Below, one piece after another: positions 10,501-24,324 of a DNA stretch of 64,000 nt. The notes beneath the pieces are model-generated. The model saw nothing but the letters and a program-made list of their open reading frames with translations. It ran no database searches and had not been told where the DNA came from. Numbering within the stretch: the first letter of the stretch is position 1; the number at the start of each line of letters is the position of its first letter. This DNA comes from Amoeboaphelidium protococcarum X5. Taxonomy: Eukaryota > Fungi > Aphelidiomycota. The DNA lies in assembly GCA_023515725.1 (NCBI GenBank), contig JALDTO010000212.1, positions 124,001 through 188,000 on the forward strand, written 5' to 3'. Both the position numbers and the translations under genes were made by a program.

Positions 10501-12953
10501 AAACTCTGTTGTCGTTGTATAAGTAGAAGCTGTACGAAGCTCTGGAAGAGACTACGAGAAGTGATGATAAGTTGGCAGCGTTGGATAACAAGATGAAGGG
10601 TAAGACTGGAAGCGTGACTACTGATGTGGTGAAGACGCTTATTCCTAATGGTCTATTCAAGCCATTCCCTGAGAATGGTATGCAACTTATGACCACTTCT
10701 GGTGCAAAGGGTTCCAATGTCAATGTGACTCAGATAAGTTGTATGCTGGGCTAGCAGGAGCTGGAAGGTAGAAGAGTTCCCGTCATGGTCAGTGGTAAGA
10801 CTTTGCCATCCTTCTTGGCCTTCGATCTTGGTCCGAGAGCTGGTGGTTACATCACGGGTCGTTTCTTGACTGGTATAAAGCCTCAAGAGTTTTACTTTCA
10901 CGCTATGGCTGGTAGAGAAGGTCTTATCGATACTGCTGTTAAGACTGCGCGTTCTGGATACTTGCAAAGATGTCTCATTAAGCATTTAGAAGGATTGAAG
11001 GTGAATTATGACAATACCGTGCGAGATACTGCGGATGGATCAATTCTGTAGTTCAACTATGGTGAAGACTCTCTGGATGTTACCAAGTCGTCCTTCCTGA
11101 ACAACTTCAAGTTCAATGCGCAAAATTTCTAAGCGTTCCTGAAAAAGTATAATCCTCAGGCTGCTGCTAACTCTATTAATATTAAGAAAGCATGCAAGCA
11201 TCTGTAGAAAGCACTGAGTAAACCTCACAAGTACGAGCCTACGCTTTCTCAGTATAATCCTGGCAGGTATCTTGGTTCAGTGTCGGAGAGTTTTGCTTCT
11301 AAATTGGATAGTTACATTAGCCGCGATCCTGATGGTTTGTTCACAAAGTAAATGTTTAAAGATGAAGCGCTTCTTAACGCCAACGCTTTTAAGACTCTTA
11401 TGCAGTTGAAGTACATGCACTCCCTTGTAGATGCTGGTGAAGTTATTGGCCTTCTGGCCGCATAGTCTATTGGTGAACCGTCCACTCAGATGACGTTGAA
11501 CACTTTTCACTTTGCCGGTCACGGTGCAGCGAATATGACTCTGGGTATTCCGAGATTGAGAGAAATTATTATGACTGCCAGTACAAAGCCCAAGACTCCT
11601 CTGATGAAGGTTGCTTTCAAATCTAATGTTACCCGAGAACAAGCTGACGCTATTGCTAGAATGATATCTAAGCGGACATTGGATATGATGGTATAGGAGG
11701 TATCTGTAGTTGAGTATCTCACCTCGCCAAAGTCTTCAATGATGGGCAGAACGCGAAGTTATACCATTAATCTGAAATTTAGTGATAGCTCAGAGTACAA
11801 GAAGGAGCATGGAATCTCGTCGGAAGATATCCAAATTTGCATCGAGAAGAAGTTTGTGAAGAAGCTGGTGTCGGCCATTAATAAGGAGTTGAAGAAGGCT
11901 CAGCAAGCAGAGCAATCTCCAGAGGGTGAAATCGGTGTTGGTATAGATGTTAACAAGTTTGGTGAATCGTCTCACGCCTTGAAGGAGAATGATGGCGAGG
12001 AAGGTGAGAGTGCAGGTGACGGCTAAGGTAAAGGGAAAGCAAAAGATAAGAAGGATGTCAAGTCTATAGTGGAAGATGATGATCATGACGATGATATGGA
12101 CGTTGACGCGACTGCGGCCACTAGAGCTGCAAAGAGAAAGCAGTAGAGCTCGTATGATGGCCCAGATGAAGAAGAAGTGGTACCTGATGCACCGGATTCA
12201 GATAATGAAGATGGTAATGTTTTGCCGCCTCAGAATCTAGATCAACTGGAGCAATTGGAAGAATTGGATAATTTCAACTCTAAAGAATCAACGCGTGCCA
12301 GAAGAGATGATATTGTCAATGGTAATATGTACATTGTCGACTATAAATTTGACGATCGCGGTGAATGGTGTCAGATTTAGTTGGAGCTGCCTGCTGAAGC
12401 AAAGAAGTTGCTCATGTTGGGCATGGCTGAACATATTATCCCTTAGTGCACGGTCAGAGAGATTCCGGGTGTCAATAATGCTTTTGTGAGTGAAGATGCT
12501 GTTAAGAAGTGTTTGATCCTGACCACGGAAGGTGTTAATATTCAGGGCATGTGGGATTTCGATGGCTATCTGGACGTGCAAAAGATTGAGTCTAATGACG
12601 TGTCTGCAATTCTCAAAGTGTACGGTGTTGAGGCTGCTAGAAAGACAATTATCAATGAAATCAGCGGCGTTTTCGCAGTCTATGGCATTGAAGTTGATTT
12701 GAGGCATCTTACTGTCATTGCTGATTACATGACATTTGAAGGCGGATACAAGCCATTTAACCGTATGGGCATAGATAGCAATGTGAGTCCATTTGCCAAG
12801 ATGAGTTTTGAGACTTCCTTCACATTCCTGACCAATTCTGCACTTAATGCTGATGCTGACTCACTGAAAAATCCCTCCGCTAGAATCGTTATGGGCAAAG
12901 TAGTTGACGGAGGTACTGGATCTTTCGATGTTATGCAGAACTTGGAAGTTTGA
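7507..12953 (+). CDS. RPA1: RNA polymerase I largest subunit
   Basis: Zn site CSTC...[22 protein letters not shown], catalytic [32 protein letters not shown]. Single intron 10006-10310; ends in TGA. Confidence 0.98.
10076..10211 (+). ncRNA. Candidate intronic box C/D snoRNA-like RNA
   Basis: Box C ATGATGA at 10084-10090, box D CTGA at 10201-10204, terminal stem AGGATCT/AGATTCT, long internal hairpin. Lies in the 305-nt RPA1 intron. Confidence 0.65.
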
Positions 12954-13082
12954 GAATGATCATGAAATAAACCATTAAATTTTACCATGATTTATTCAGG
13001 ACTCTTTGTAAACTTTAATTTTCATCTTCAATAAACTTTGCTATTTGCGCGTTGTAGATTATCTTACACCGCCCCAATCTGT

Positions 13083-13596
13083 ATGACGCGTTAACTGTTT
13101 CGTAAGATGAGCGAAATATCAAGTAGAGGACCAATATACACAAGCATCGAGGTAAAGGTAAGAGTTTTAATGCAAAATATCTACAAAAGCCTAATGAATC
13201 GCAGTTGTGTAGTTGACTGAAAGTTTAAAACCTCAAAAATTGGTTATTCGCGATGATAGTTCTCTGCATGGTAATCTGTATATTTATTGTCTGTTCAATC
13301 TCAGTACATATCTTACATTTTGTAGCTGGACACGTCGCTATGAAGGGTCTCAAGCCGGTGGAAAGTCACTTTCACGTTGAGATTGTGAGCGATGCGTTCA
13401 TGGGAAAGGTATGACATTATTGTTGACACGCGATTGTTCATTAAGTTTAATGTGTTCATTCAGTGTGGTGTAGAGCTCACTTTAACGACACCGAATGATT
13501 TACGATATTCTGGACTCGGAAATGAAGAATGGCATTCACGCTCTACAGATCAAAGCTTCTCCTCCTACTTCTTCCTCCGCTAATCATAAACAGTGA
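13083..13596 (+). CDS. BolA-family protein (BOLA1-like)
   Basis: Three short GT-AG introns. Spliced product contains GPIYTSIEVKL...DDSSLHAGH...ESHFHVEIVSDAFMGKSSLQRHRMIY...GIHALQI. Confidence 0.9.
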
Positions 13597-13762
13597 ATAA
13601 AAAGACTTTTAATTGATACTGGCATGATATCTTCGTCAATTCTCTCTGCTTTACTCTTCCTCTCTTCGGTTTCTTGCGCGCACTCTTTTCTTCGCAGTCG
13701 ATCACCTAAAACGTTCATTAGTCTTTGGTCTCAGTGCCGCACAGTGTATTGAAATTGCAAGT

Positions 13763-16700
13763 ATGTTTTATTTAAAATGGCTATTGGTAGTGGTGATCAC
13801 TAATGCATTACAGCTCAGTGCTGGCAAAGTTCGTGTATCTTTAAAGATGAAAGGTGGGTGCCCGTTCTATGCGCTTGCTGCTCAGAGTTGTTACACTGTC
13901 ACTCAGTCTGTAAATTGTCTATTGCCTCTCGCTGATGTGGACTATCCCACTGTTGATGATGACCGTCATATTTATAACTAGATTATTGCTAATAATACTG
14001 GAAGTTTTCTAAATGGAGATGGTGTTAATGTGAATAAGTGGAAAGAGATTATAGACATACATCTGTTAGTCAAGTACGATTTGGTCAGTATTCTCGCTCA
14101 ATATCAATATTACGCTAATACACTCTAATAGGTGACCTAGAAGGAGCAATGTCAGTTGGAATTTATCAAACTGGGTGGTGGTGTATTCTGTTCTATTAAA
14201 GATTTTGAAAGTGCTATATAGTCCTAGAATGTTACCATAGGAGGTGCGCGTTAAAAGCAGTCCATGTCGACCTAATCTGATGCTGAGAGTAAGCTTGGTC
14301 TTGTTATTGGCAATGAATTACCATCCTTTGCATTGAACTCCTTGCCTATTAATGTTGTAATATATTCGCAAAAGCCAGGAAAGTTATTTTAATAATTTAT
14401 GGCAAAGTACGGTGGTAAGGTCAAGTTTATACTCATGTGGATTCCACCATCCAGTCAAGCTTCATCATCAGTAGCACAAAGAGAGTATTCTACTCTGAGT
14501 GGATATGGAATAGAGTTGGCGGTGAAGAGTACAGAGTATAAGGCTAAAGATGATTAAAAGTACCAGGATGAAGATGCTGAAGTGTAGAGTCAATAGGCAG
14601 CTGATATGACTTTAAATGACAGCTTGGACTTTGAGACTTTACATGCTCTGTACCACCGCTATGATTATAGTGAATCTCAGCTAAGTTCTGTAAATTAGCT
14701 CTTGGTAGATTAATTGAATAAGAATTCTATTTATTAAATGAGTCAAGATGACAAGAAGAAGAATTTGCCAGATTTGGGATATAGATTAGCATCGTGGTTT
14801 ATGGACGTACCATTCTCTGTTGATATAGCAAAGAAGATCCTATGTAACTTCCCATCATTCTATGCTTAGGCACTTAATTTTTCGGTCAATGCTAAGCTGA
14901 GAAATGAAATCAATGTCAATAAGAGATATTTTAGCCAAGCGCTGGCACGTGGTCAGTAGATTATGCTCATAAATGGCCTAGTGGTGGATTTAAGCGATAT
15001 AGACGTGTTCACTCTGTCTGATATTATTAGGGTGGAGTTTTGGTTGTCCAACTTTATCAAGGGTTTAGACATTAGCTTTGATGGTAGTAGTACTATGTAA
15101 GATCTGATATCATCCATGTCTGGTCAGTCAGGGAAGTCTGGGAGCGGTGGCTAATAAGATGGGAGATTGGAGGTGTATGATTTGCGAATGAAGTTTGAGC
15201 GGCCCGGATAGAGATAGAAAAAGTCTGACATCTCTCCCGTGGTGTGGTGGAATGATATTGAGAAAGATAGTAGGTACAAGTAGTATCCAACATCTCTATA
15301 AGGTCTATTCTAGATTTAACGAGCAGGATAACTACCTATGATCAGAAAGAATATTGTCAATGTTGTAATTGCCACTTCGCTGTCGAGTAAAGTTGGACTG
15401 AATGTTCTATAATAGTATTTGGATTTCATTGCAAAGAGCTACCCCATCAGAGTTGGCTTTCTCCCGATAAAGATTAATGGTGAGTTGGATGATCACTTGA
15501 TCACAGTATTCTTTGTATTGTTAGATAACTACGGCAAGAAGGCTGCAAGTGATTTTATTAACCAGCTGACTGAGCATTTTACTACTAGCACTGGTCCTAT
15601 CTCTGACGATGTGGCTCGTTAGAAGTACAGTTCTGTTATAAACACTCATAAAATTACTAGTAAATCAAAGCCTTCCAGTAAAGATGATGAACCGTATCAA
15701 GAATTGACTTTTGATCAAGTTAAATCTTATACTGGGGATAGATTGAGTTAGTATTTAAAGTTGATAGATTAGAAGTAGAGGGATCTTTTCTTGTTCCCCT
15801 TCACTGCTGGGGATAAAGTTATGGCTGATACAGATGGTGACACTTACTTGTATAATGGAGCCTTGTTTATAAATGGAGCGTACCATGAACTTGATGGCAA
15901 TCACGCATAGTACTTGGGTTAGACTATTACACAGTAAATATAGTATTTGTAACAGGCAGCATATTATGGTAAAGTGAATGATTAAACGAATGTCTATCAT
16001 CATTTGTTATAAATACAGAAAGCTAAAAGTAGAAGAAATCCTTATCTGCAAGATGAGTATGTTAAGATTCTTGACTTGTCCTCGTCATTGTTCTACTAGT
16101 CGGATCTTCTTAAGCGTGTGTCTTATAGCTATGGAAAATGCTCCAAGTCTTGCAGCATTACTTTGTGGATACACGCTGTTGACGATAAAGATTCTATTGT
16201 GAATGAAATTGGCAAATTTTACGAGTCATCTTCCCAAGAGATTCGTGATAGTGTCAGAATTGCTTTTATTGCCTCTGATGCGGAAGACAATAAGACTTAT
16301 AGTAATGGTGAATTGTTATAGGTGGTGCTGTAGTAAGTGCCTTTATAGGATGGGAGAGAGAAGATTGGTTCTTTTGTTGTCGTTAACGGTAAATTACTCG
16401 GCCCTTTTCAGCGTGGGTATTTCCTCAATGGAGATGATTTAACTGAATTGTGTACTGGTGAACTTGAGGCTTTCAGGCCTTTACGTTAATTTGTTGATTA
16501 AGAGCTTACTGATAATGATAGTGCACAGGATCAGCAGTCAAATGGAAGTCTGAATCCTGGTGATAAACTATTGCTGGCATACAATGCTGTTATGAATGCA
16601 GCGGTGAAGCATCTGCAGCTAGGCGGAGGTTTTTTACCTTTTGGCTCAACTCTGAAAGACGTGTAAAGAATCAATATAGCCAGCAATTTTAAGAACAAGT

Positions 16701-18460
16701 ACTCCATGGTGCATTTGGGATCCGATGACGCATACATTTAGATTATTGGTGTCGTTGATCCATCGCTTCCGTCTGCCCAACGTGCTCTGTCTATTCTGAC
16801 CGAACTATCCCGGCTGAATAATTTAATTCAACTTCAAGTCTACTGGAATCCATCTGAAGTTGGCGGCGACAAGATGCCTATAGATCGCTATTATCAACTC
16901 AATTATTAGACGTTGGTCACTTTTTAGGAAAATGGTGTGTTGGATCAACCGGAGACAAGTCTTGATCACATCCCACTAGAACCTCTGTTTACGCTCGCCA
17001 CTGAAATACCACAGGCTTGGGTGGTAATGTAGAAGAAATCAGTTTTTGATTTGGACAATATTCGCATGGCTGAAGTGAAGTCATCTAAAGGCCTCTACGC
17101 CGAGCTGGAATTGGTTAATATTCTGATTGAGGGTCATGCTAGAGATGTCAAGTTGGGAACGGCGCCGCGCGGTCTGTAGTTTACATTGGGAAGATTGAAT
17201 TCTGATGCCATCACTACTGACACTATAGTCATGGCCAACCTCGGTTATTATCAATTGCAGGCTAATCCTGGTGTATGGCAATTAAAGATTAGAGATGGTC
17301 GATCTCAAGAATTTTACGATTTAATCAGTGTCCACGATGGCCGGCATGGTGTCAATAAAGTTGATGCTAATGGCAGTCTGTAGTTTTATCTCACCAAGTT
17401 TACTGGGTCTTTACTGTTGACTAAAGTTGGTAAGAAGACGGCAAAGTTGGATGAAGATTTACTGACCGAGAATGCTCAAGATGCTACCAGTCGAGAAAAG
17501 AAGTCGTGGTCCGAGTGGCTTGGTCTTGCTAAATAATCTTCTGACTAGAAGTAGAATAAACATGGAGAGATTAATATCTTTTCTGTTGCATCTGGTCATT
17601 TATACGAGCGATTCTTGAGGATTATGATTATTAGTGTGTTGAGGCACACGAAATCTGATGTCAAGTTTTGGTTTATAGAGAATTTTCTGTCTCCCCAGTT
17701 TAAAGACTTCCTACCTGCGATGGCTGAGAAATACAAGTTCAAGTACCAGCTGGTGACTTATAAATGGCCTCAATGGCTGCGGCATTAGACTGAAAAGTAG
17801 AGAATCATATGGGCATACAAGATTCTGTTTCTTGACGTGCTCTTTCCGTTGGATTTGAATAAGATTATTTTTGTCGATGCTGATCAGATTGTTCGCGCCG
17901 ACATGCAGGAACTCATAGATATGGAACTCAAAGATGGTGCACCGTATGCGTATACTCCATTCTGCGATGACAGGTTGGATATTGAGAATTTCAGATTTTG
18001 GAAGAAGGGATACTGGAAGGAGCATCTGCAAGGCAAGCCATATCACATCTCTGCATTGTATGTCGTGGATTTGAACAGATTTAGAATGATTGCCGCGGGT
18101 GATCGTCTGAGACAGCACTATTAAATGGTGACTAGTGATCCTAATTCTCTTGCCAATCTGGACCAAGACTTGCCGAATGATGCGCAACATGCGATACCGA
18201 TTCACTCTCTTCCTCAAGAATGGCTTTGGTGTCAGACTTGGTGTTCTGATGAGTCGCTCACTCGCGCCAAGACTATCGATCTCTGCAATAATCCAATGAC
18301 CAAGGAGCCAAAGTTGGAGCGAGCATAGCGGTTGATTCCCGAATGGAAAGACTATGATCATGAAGCACGGAATTTATTTGATTAATGGAGAAAATCATAG
18401 TAGTAGTAGTCTGGTTAGTCTGATCAAATGGACAATAAGGTTATTAAAGATGAACTTTGA
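13763..18460 (+). CDS. UGGT: UDP-glucose:glycoprotein glucosyltransferase
   Basis: Signal peptide; [17 protein letters not shown]; GT24 domain [36 protein letters not shown]; C-terminal KDEL before TGA. Start and stop are in one frame (1566 codons). Confidence 0.96.
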
Positions 18461-18673
18461 TATAAAGAATATGCAGGGATTATGGATGTGGTATCTGAGA
18501 ATGTTCACCTCTCACACTTGATGTGAATAATAAACTCTCATTCTGTTTAAATATAAAATAAAGCAAAACTAAAATATTTTAATGACTATTTTTTTATTTC
18601 TCAATATTTCATATCTCGCAATAAAGTCATAACTCCAATCTTTATCTGCTATATTCCCATAAACTTGCGAAAC

Positions 18674-21281
18674 TCAGACAAAGAACAGCACATTTGCCAA
18701 TGCTTGATTAATAGGCAACAGGTCAGAACGATAGTCGGATCCAGCAGATGCAGTAGATTAGGTATCTGATCCACTCCACAAATCACGTTTACTCAACAGT
18801 CTTGCGCGATATGCGAGCAGATCAGCATAATACACAGGCGGTACAAGGCTTGTGCTTCTGGTACATCTACTATACGTAAAGCACAACTTGTACACCAGTT
18901 CTTATAGCTTGTCACTTGAGAAATTGTTCTGATCCAACAGCACATGGTAGTGGCATGGACGGTTAGTTCCTTGAATACCAGAGTGAGAGTTCAGATAGAA
19001 ATCATACTCCACAGGGTGACAAATCTCAGTATCCACCACAGTACCAGGCATAACATTACCAGAACGGTCTCCCTCATTACGACCGGCAGGGAACAGACGA
19101 ATGTGGTGACGCTTCTGCGTGATGATGAACGTCACTGGCGGCTTGTAGTTTGGATCCAACTCAAAGCAAGCAGACTGGATAGCCTGCACCTCCTTCTTGA
19201 ACACCAAACCAAACTGACCCTCAGAGACACCATCACGGAAAATGATCAGACGCTCAGGCTTGACACCACCAGCGGAAAAGAAACGACGCAACAAAGTCTT
19301 CACCATCTCAGACAGACGCGTAACATTCTCTTCACGGCCATTCTGGAAATCAATAATGGAGCTGTACTGAGAAGCATAACGATCCATGGATCCCACAACA
19401 CCGACAATGGATGGCGGCACGCTGGTAGCAGAACGAGGCACACCAGTTGGATGCGTAACGTCAATACCAATCAAGATGGTTGGACGATCAAATCCAGGCA
19501 AGTCACCACCAATACGTGCATTCTAACCACCTAGCTTAGAGTTGATCTTCAACAACAAATTGGCCATATACTGCGGCTTTGGAGTGTAAGAATGCTTCAT
19601 CAGCATACACTGACTGGCAACTCCCAACTCAGAGTCACACAAACGCTTGATGGCACCATACACAGCGGCAGATCCACGTACCATGAACAGAATAAAGTCA
19701 ATACGTGCATTAATGCGCTGCTTCAACTGCTGCATCTTGGCCAGAATATCTTCAGGCTGCTCGGAAGCATACACAACCTCTGGACGTGGATTCTTGAATG
19801 GAACACCAGTATTACGTCCCATCTGAGCCAGCTCCTGAGCAAAGTACTGCACCTTCTGCGGTTGAGCATCACGCTGAGTTCCCACAACGATAACACCCCA
19901 GTTATTCACAGTGACACCATCAATGAAAGCACGACCTCTCATGTTCCAAGAGCCACCGGAAGCTTCACGAGGCTCAACAACCTTGCGATCCTTGTACAAG
20001 ATGGTAGGAGGATCCAGAACACGAGCCTTGACCTGAGACAGACGGTTGTCAATGTTCAAGCCAATATCAGCCAACTGGGAACTAGAGTTACATCCCAAAT
20101 CACGGAAACCATCCTCAATACGTCTGATACGATCACCAGGACGAGTAGCGGTAAACTTGATCATACTTGCAACCTGGTCAGCATCCAGCTTTGGAGCGTA
20201 CGGCTGAGATGGAACAACAGTACAAATCTCCATAGGGAACAGAGCACGGTTGGCACCACAGACAAAACACGGCAGGTTAGGATAACGCAGCTGAACATTG
20301 TAAGTGTCGCGGAAGTAGTCAGCCACACTGATAGTCTTACCGTCAGCATTGAACATGCAGCTGGCAACAGGATCCTGACTAACGTCCATAACACGAATGG
20401 TACGCTTAAAGTCGGATCTGTGAGTCAACTGCACCTTCAAATGACGCACAATCTTCTTCAAGCGCATAATGTCATCTCTACGTGGACGGAATTGAGCCAG
20501 ATCAGCCTGACTTCTCACTCCCCAAACTTCACACAGCAAATCCAGAACAGGCTAGTGCTTGTAAAAAGCAGATGCAGAGACATCCAAGTTCAACACCAGA
20601 CCACTCTGCACAGGACGCAGTGACTGGAAATACCCACTCCAAGCCTCAACACCACCACCCAGTCTTGTATTCTGCTGAGGATTGTAAAAGTTTCTACCAC
20701 GCGGCACCCACTTGTCAGAAGGCACGGCAGCCATAATGACATCCAGAGCAGTCAGAGCCTCCATAGGCATCTCACGCTGCTTACCACCGATAAAGTCAGC
20801 CAGCACAGATAACTGTACCACCTTGACAGCCTTCATGGTGATGGTGAAAGTCTTCTCACGACCCTCCACCTGCAGAGTTACTTCAAAGTTGCGCTCCTCA
20901 AACGGCAGAGGCTTGGTGGTGTAAGCATTGCTCTTACCATCATAAGCCACAGCGACACCAGTCAAGTCCTTTGCAAACTGCTTGGCCACCAGATTCAAAA
21001 CCTCTCTGTTGACAGCCGGCTTCATAGGATTCTTTAACACGACACCCTTCTGTCCAATCTTTGGAGCCTCTGGAGTCTTGGCACCGTGCTCCACAATGGT
21101 AACATCGTAAAAGTGTATAGCACCCTTTGGCAGTGTAGCCTACATTTAGAGAGATGACAACAATAACGAATAAATGATCAAAAATGTCAATACAAACAGT
21201 TCATACCTTGAACACATTGGCCAGGATGGTCACCTAACGACCTTTACTACCTCCTTTATCAGGACGATTTGGAGGATTCAT
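18674..21281 (-). CDS. AGO: Argonaute (N-PAZ-MID-PIWI)
   Basis: Intron 21206-21140. PAZ (ISVADYF...LRYPNLPC), [13 protein letters not shown] motifs [32 protein letters not shown]. Confidence 0.97.
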
Positions 21282-21413
21282 ATTCAGTTCAAGTGTAGTA
21301 GTAGTAGCAGTGTAGTCTTGTAGATTCAGTCAATTTCCTTCAAATAATCAAATCTCAATTGTAATAAGGCAATCTGTAAATAATAATAATAATCAATCTA
21401 TAAATGGTATTGA

Positions 21414-21417
21414 GATA

Positions 21418-21446
<29 letters not shown>
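21414..21446. repeat. (ATT)n microsatellite upstream of Argonaute, with (GT)n and GA-rich runs nearby (21478-21566)
   Basis: Direct reading: attattatt..., gtgtgtgt..., gagagag... Confidence 0.8.
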
Positions 21447-21448
<2 letters not shown>

Positions 21449-22312
21449 GAAATTGATGATAGTCACTAGTTTATACGAGTGTGTGTGTGTGAGTGACTAG
21501 CTGTTTCTAATTGATTGCTTAGATTGTGTGTGAGAGATGAGAGATGAGAGAGAGAGAAGAGAGAAGACGCGAGCGGCCGACCGAGTGAATGGGGTCAAAG
21601 CGAAACGGGTCAGAGCGATGGAAAAGTGTCGTCTGTCTGTCTGTCTGTTGACCGAAATTGGAAGCGAGCGACCGGCAAGAGGAGGCGGAAAATTACAGGC
21701 GGAGCGACAAATCATCGCAACGTGATTGGTCGTCGTTGATATTTGATGATCACACCGATGATACACCAGTTGGTTACAACCTCAACAATACCATTTAGGA
21801 TTTAATCGTAATCTTTTAGTCCCGCAATCCTTATACGCCATGCTCGCGTTCAGTATTCCTATTATGCGTCATAGTCTCTCTCATCTAACAACTGTATACA
21901 ATAATGTATTACGTAAAAGTTGTACGCGACACTTTTTATCCTAAAGATATCTTCATACCCATTTACTTTTACTGCGCCACACACTTTAAAATCTTTGTGT
22001 AAAGGTTTCGGTTTCTGCAGTGCGTTTACACAGGGGTATGAACATTTGCTAAAAGTTATAGAGCTTACACTTCAAGAGTAGTTTCAATAAACATCACTAA
22101 TAATAACTAAAATAGTACAAAGGTCGAGAAGCATAACGGAAATGCGGTGAAAATTTGTGAAAGTTAACCAACATAGTCTAGTCATTTAACACGCCGCACG
22201 AATATCACGTTTCACTCAAACACTTTCTATACTGGCAGAGGCTACAATCATACCAAGACACTCGCCACATTACCTATATAAGAGTCTCTTTCATGAAATC
22301 GAATCAGCAGTA

Positions 22313-23769
22313 TCATTAGCCGGCACAACAGAATACTCTTAGAAACCAACCCTTGACACCACCACCACCACCTCTTCGCTCTGTAGATCCACCAGCGTTG
22401 GCATTATTGTTGCGTAAGCCTGATGAAGTGTTGATCATGTTGGCATTCGACGCGTTGGCCTTCTGATTTGGAATAGAGACTCCCAAATTATTATTAATAT
22501 TATTATTCCCAGCAGTGCTATTAATGCCGCCACCCGTGGACTGATTAACACGAGACGCCGTAGACATATTCTAATTCTAATCACCATCCGGCTTCTAGCT
22601 GACATGAGTGGAGCTGTTGATCTGTGCATTACTCGTCGGCTAGATGGCCTTATTCGTGCCGTTAGGACTCAATTCGTCAATCTTCTTGGATTTATTCTTC
22701 TCAATCAGCATCCAGTCATATACTGCATCATCAGTCTCATTAATCTTCTGCAGAACCTTGTTCATCAACCCTCTCAGATAGTCATAATCTGGAGTCTCCT
22801 CAAAACCGAGCTTCCTAGCATAAGTCAAGTACATGGCAAACTCTTCCGGAAATCCTTCGCAGAGATCTTTAATATTCGTCTGCTACTTCTTCTCACCAAT
22901 CTTCTCATACTTTTGCTTATTAGTGGCAGCCTTCAAGCCTTGCCACGGCAGCGATCCACGCAAAAAGTACATAAACACATGGCCCAGAGCCTCCAGATCA
23001 TCCCTGCGTGACTACTCCCTCCCCAGATGAGTGTTTATAGACATGTAACGCGCAGTTCCACTCAAGCTCTTTCTCTCTCGATATGGAATGTGCTGCTTCG
23101 TCTTTGGGTCCCGATACTGTTTGGCCATACCAAAGTCGACAATGTAAATCATATTCTACTTTGCTGCACCTCTACCAACAAGAAAATTATCAGGCTTAAT
23201 GTCTCTGTATATCAGATTTTTCTCATGAATGGCCTGCACTCGAGTTATCATCTACTTGGCAGCCATTGCAGTGCACTTCACCGTCAACTTGCGGTTGCAC
23301 AGATCGAACAGATCCTCCAGCGATGAGCCTAGTAAATCAATAACCAGAATATTATGAAGTCCCTCCTGACCAAAGTAGTATACTTGAGGTACACCGACAG
23401 ATCCCTGTAAGATTTTATACGTTCTATACTCATCTCTCAACTGAGGCGCATCAGACTTTCTAGGCTCAAACTTTATCGCAACTGGGATGTCATTTAACAA
23501 ACTCACTCCTACATAGATGCATGCATATATAGCAGATATTAGATAAACAAGTACATGATCGCCAAATCAGTTCACTCAACAAACAACATACCTTCATAAA
23601 TAATACCGAATGATCCTTCGCCAATCTTTTTAATGATTTTGTAGTGAGATCCAACGACAGACGATGTGTGAGCAGCAGAAGATCCACTCTAATGACTGCT
23701 CTTGTGATGACCATGACTCCGCTGAGCTTATTAAGCTGCCTAATCTTTCTATGTAGTCTCCGCTGTCAT
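22313..23769 (-). CDS. Casein kinase I (YCK1/2 / CK1gamma-like)
   Basis: IGEGSFG, one short intron near 23590-23510, [34 protein letters not shown]-terminus reads FCCAGQ-TGA. Confidence 0.95.
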
Positions 23770-24324
23770 TCGCTATTAATAATTAAAATTGATATAGAAT
23801 AGATCTATGATTATTCCAGGTAGAATAAAATCGGCAGTATGGCAACCAGCTATATAATCAATAAAGTTTGCAAATTGGACCAAGCTTTAGTTCGTTCGTT
23901 GCCTTGTTATTTAAAAGCTCACTTTGATTGAACGGGCGGGCGGAAAGAACGTCGAAACGGGGAAACTTCGCAGTCGCTGATCCGTTTCCAACACGACAAC
24001 GAAGAATCGTGAACTTGGCCAATGATGTTGCTGCGGCTAATGATAGAAAGTTGTTGTGTCTACATCAATGTCGTTTTCAGGCAGTGTGGAAGATCAATTA
24101 AATAAATTAATAGAATTCAGTAACTAATTTTCTTTAATTAATCATAAAGTAGTTCAAAAATATTCACTGCTCGTATTCAGATTCTTCTTCGTCGCGATGG
24201 TGGTTGCGCATCTTGACTCTCTTTCTGTTTGGCTGAGCGTCGCTGGATGGCTCATCTCCATAGAACTGATCTTCATCGTCCTCAGTGCCAACATCAGAAT
24301 CGTCTTGTACCACTGCCGTCTTTC

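Noticed and set aside
7507-18460. RPA1 and UGGT as stop-riddled pseudogenes
   Set aside because: The interruptions I traced are TAA/TAG in one frame, often at conserved Gln sites, and are explained by the code.
18944-20623. Long plus-strand ORFs (196 and 343 aa)
   Set aside because: Antisense shadows of the codon-biased Argonaute gene, with no protein-like features.
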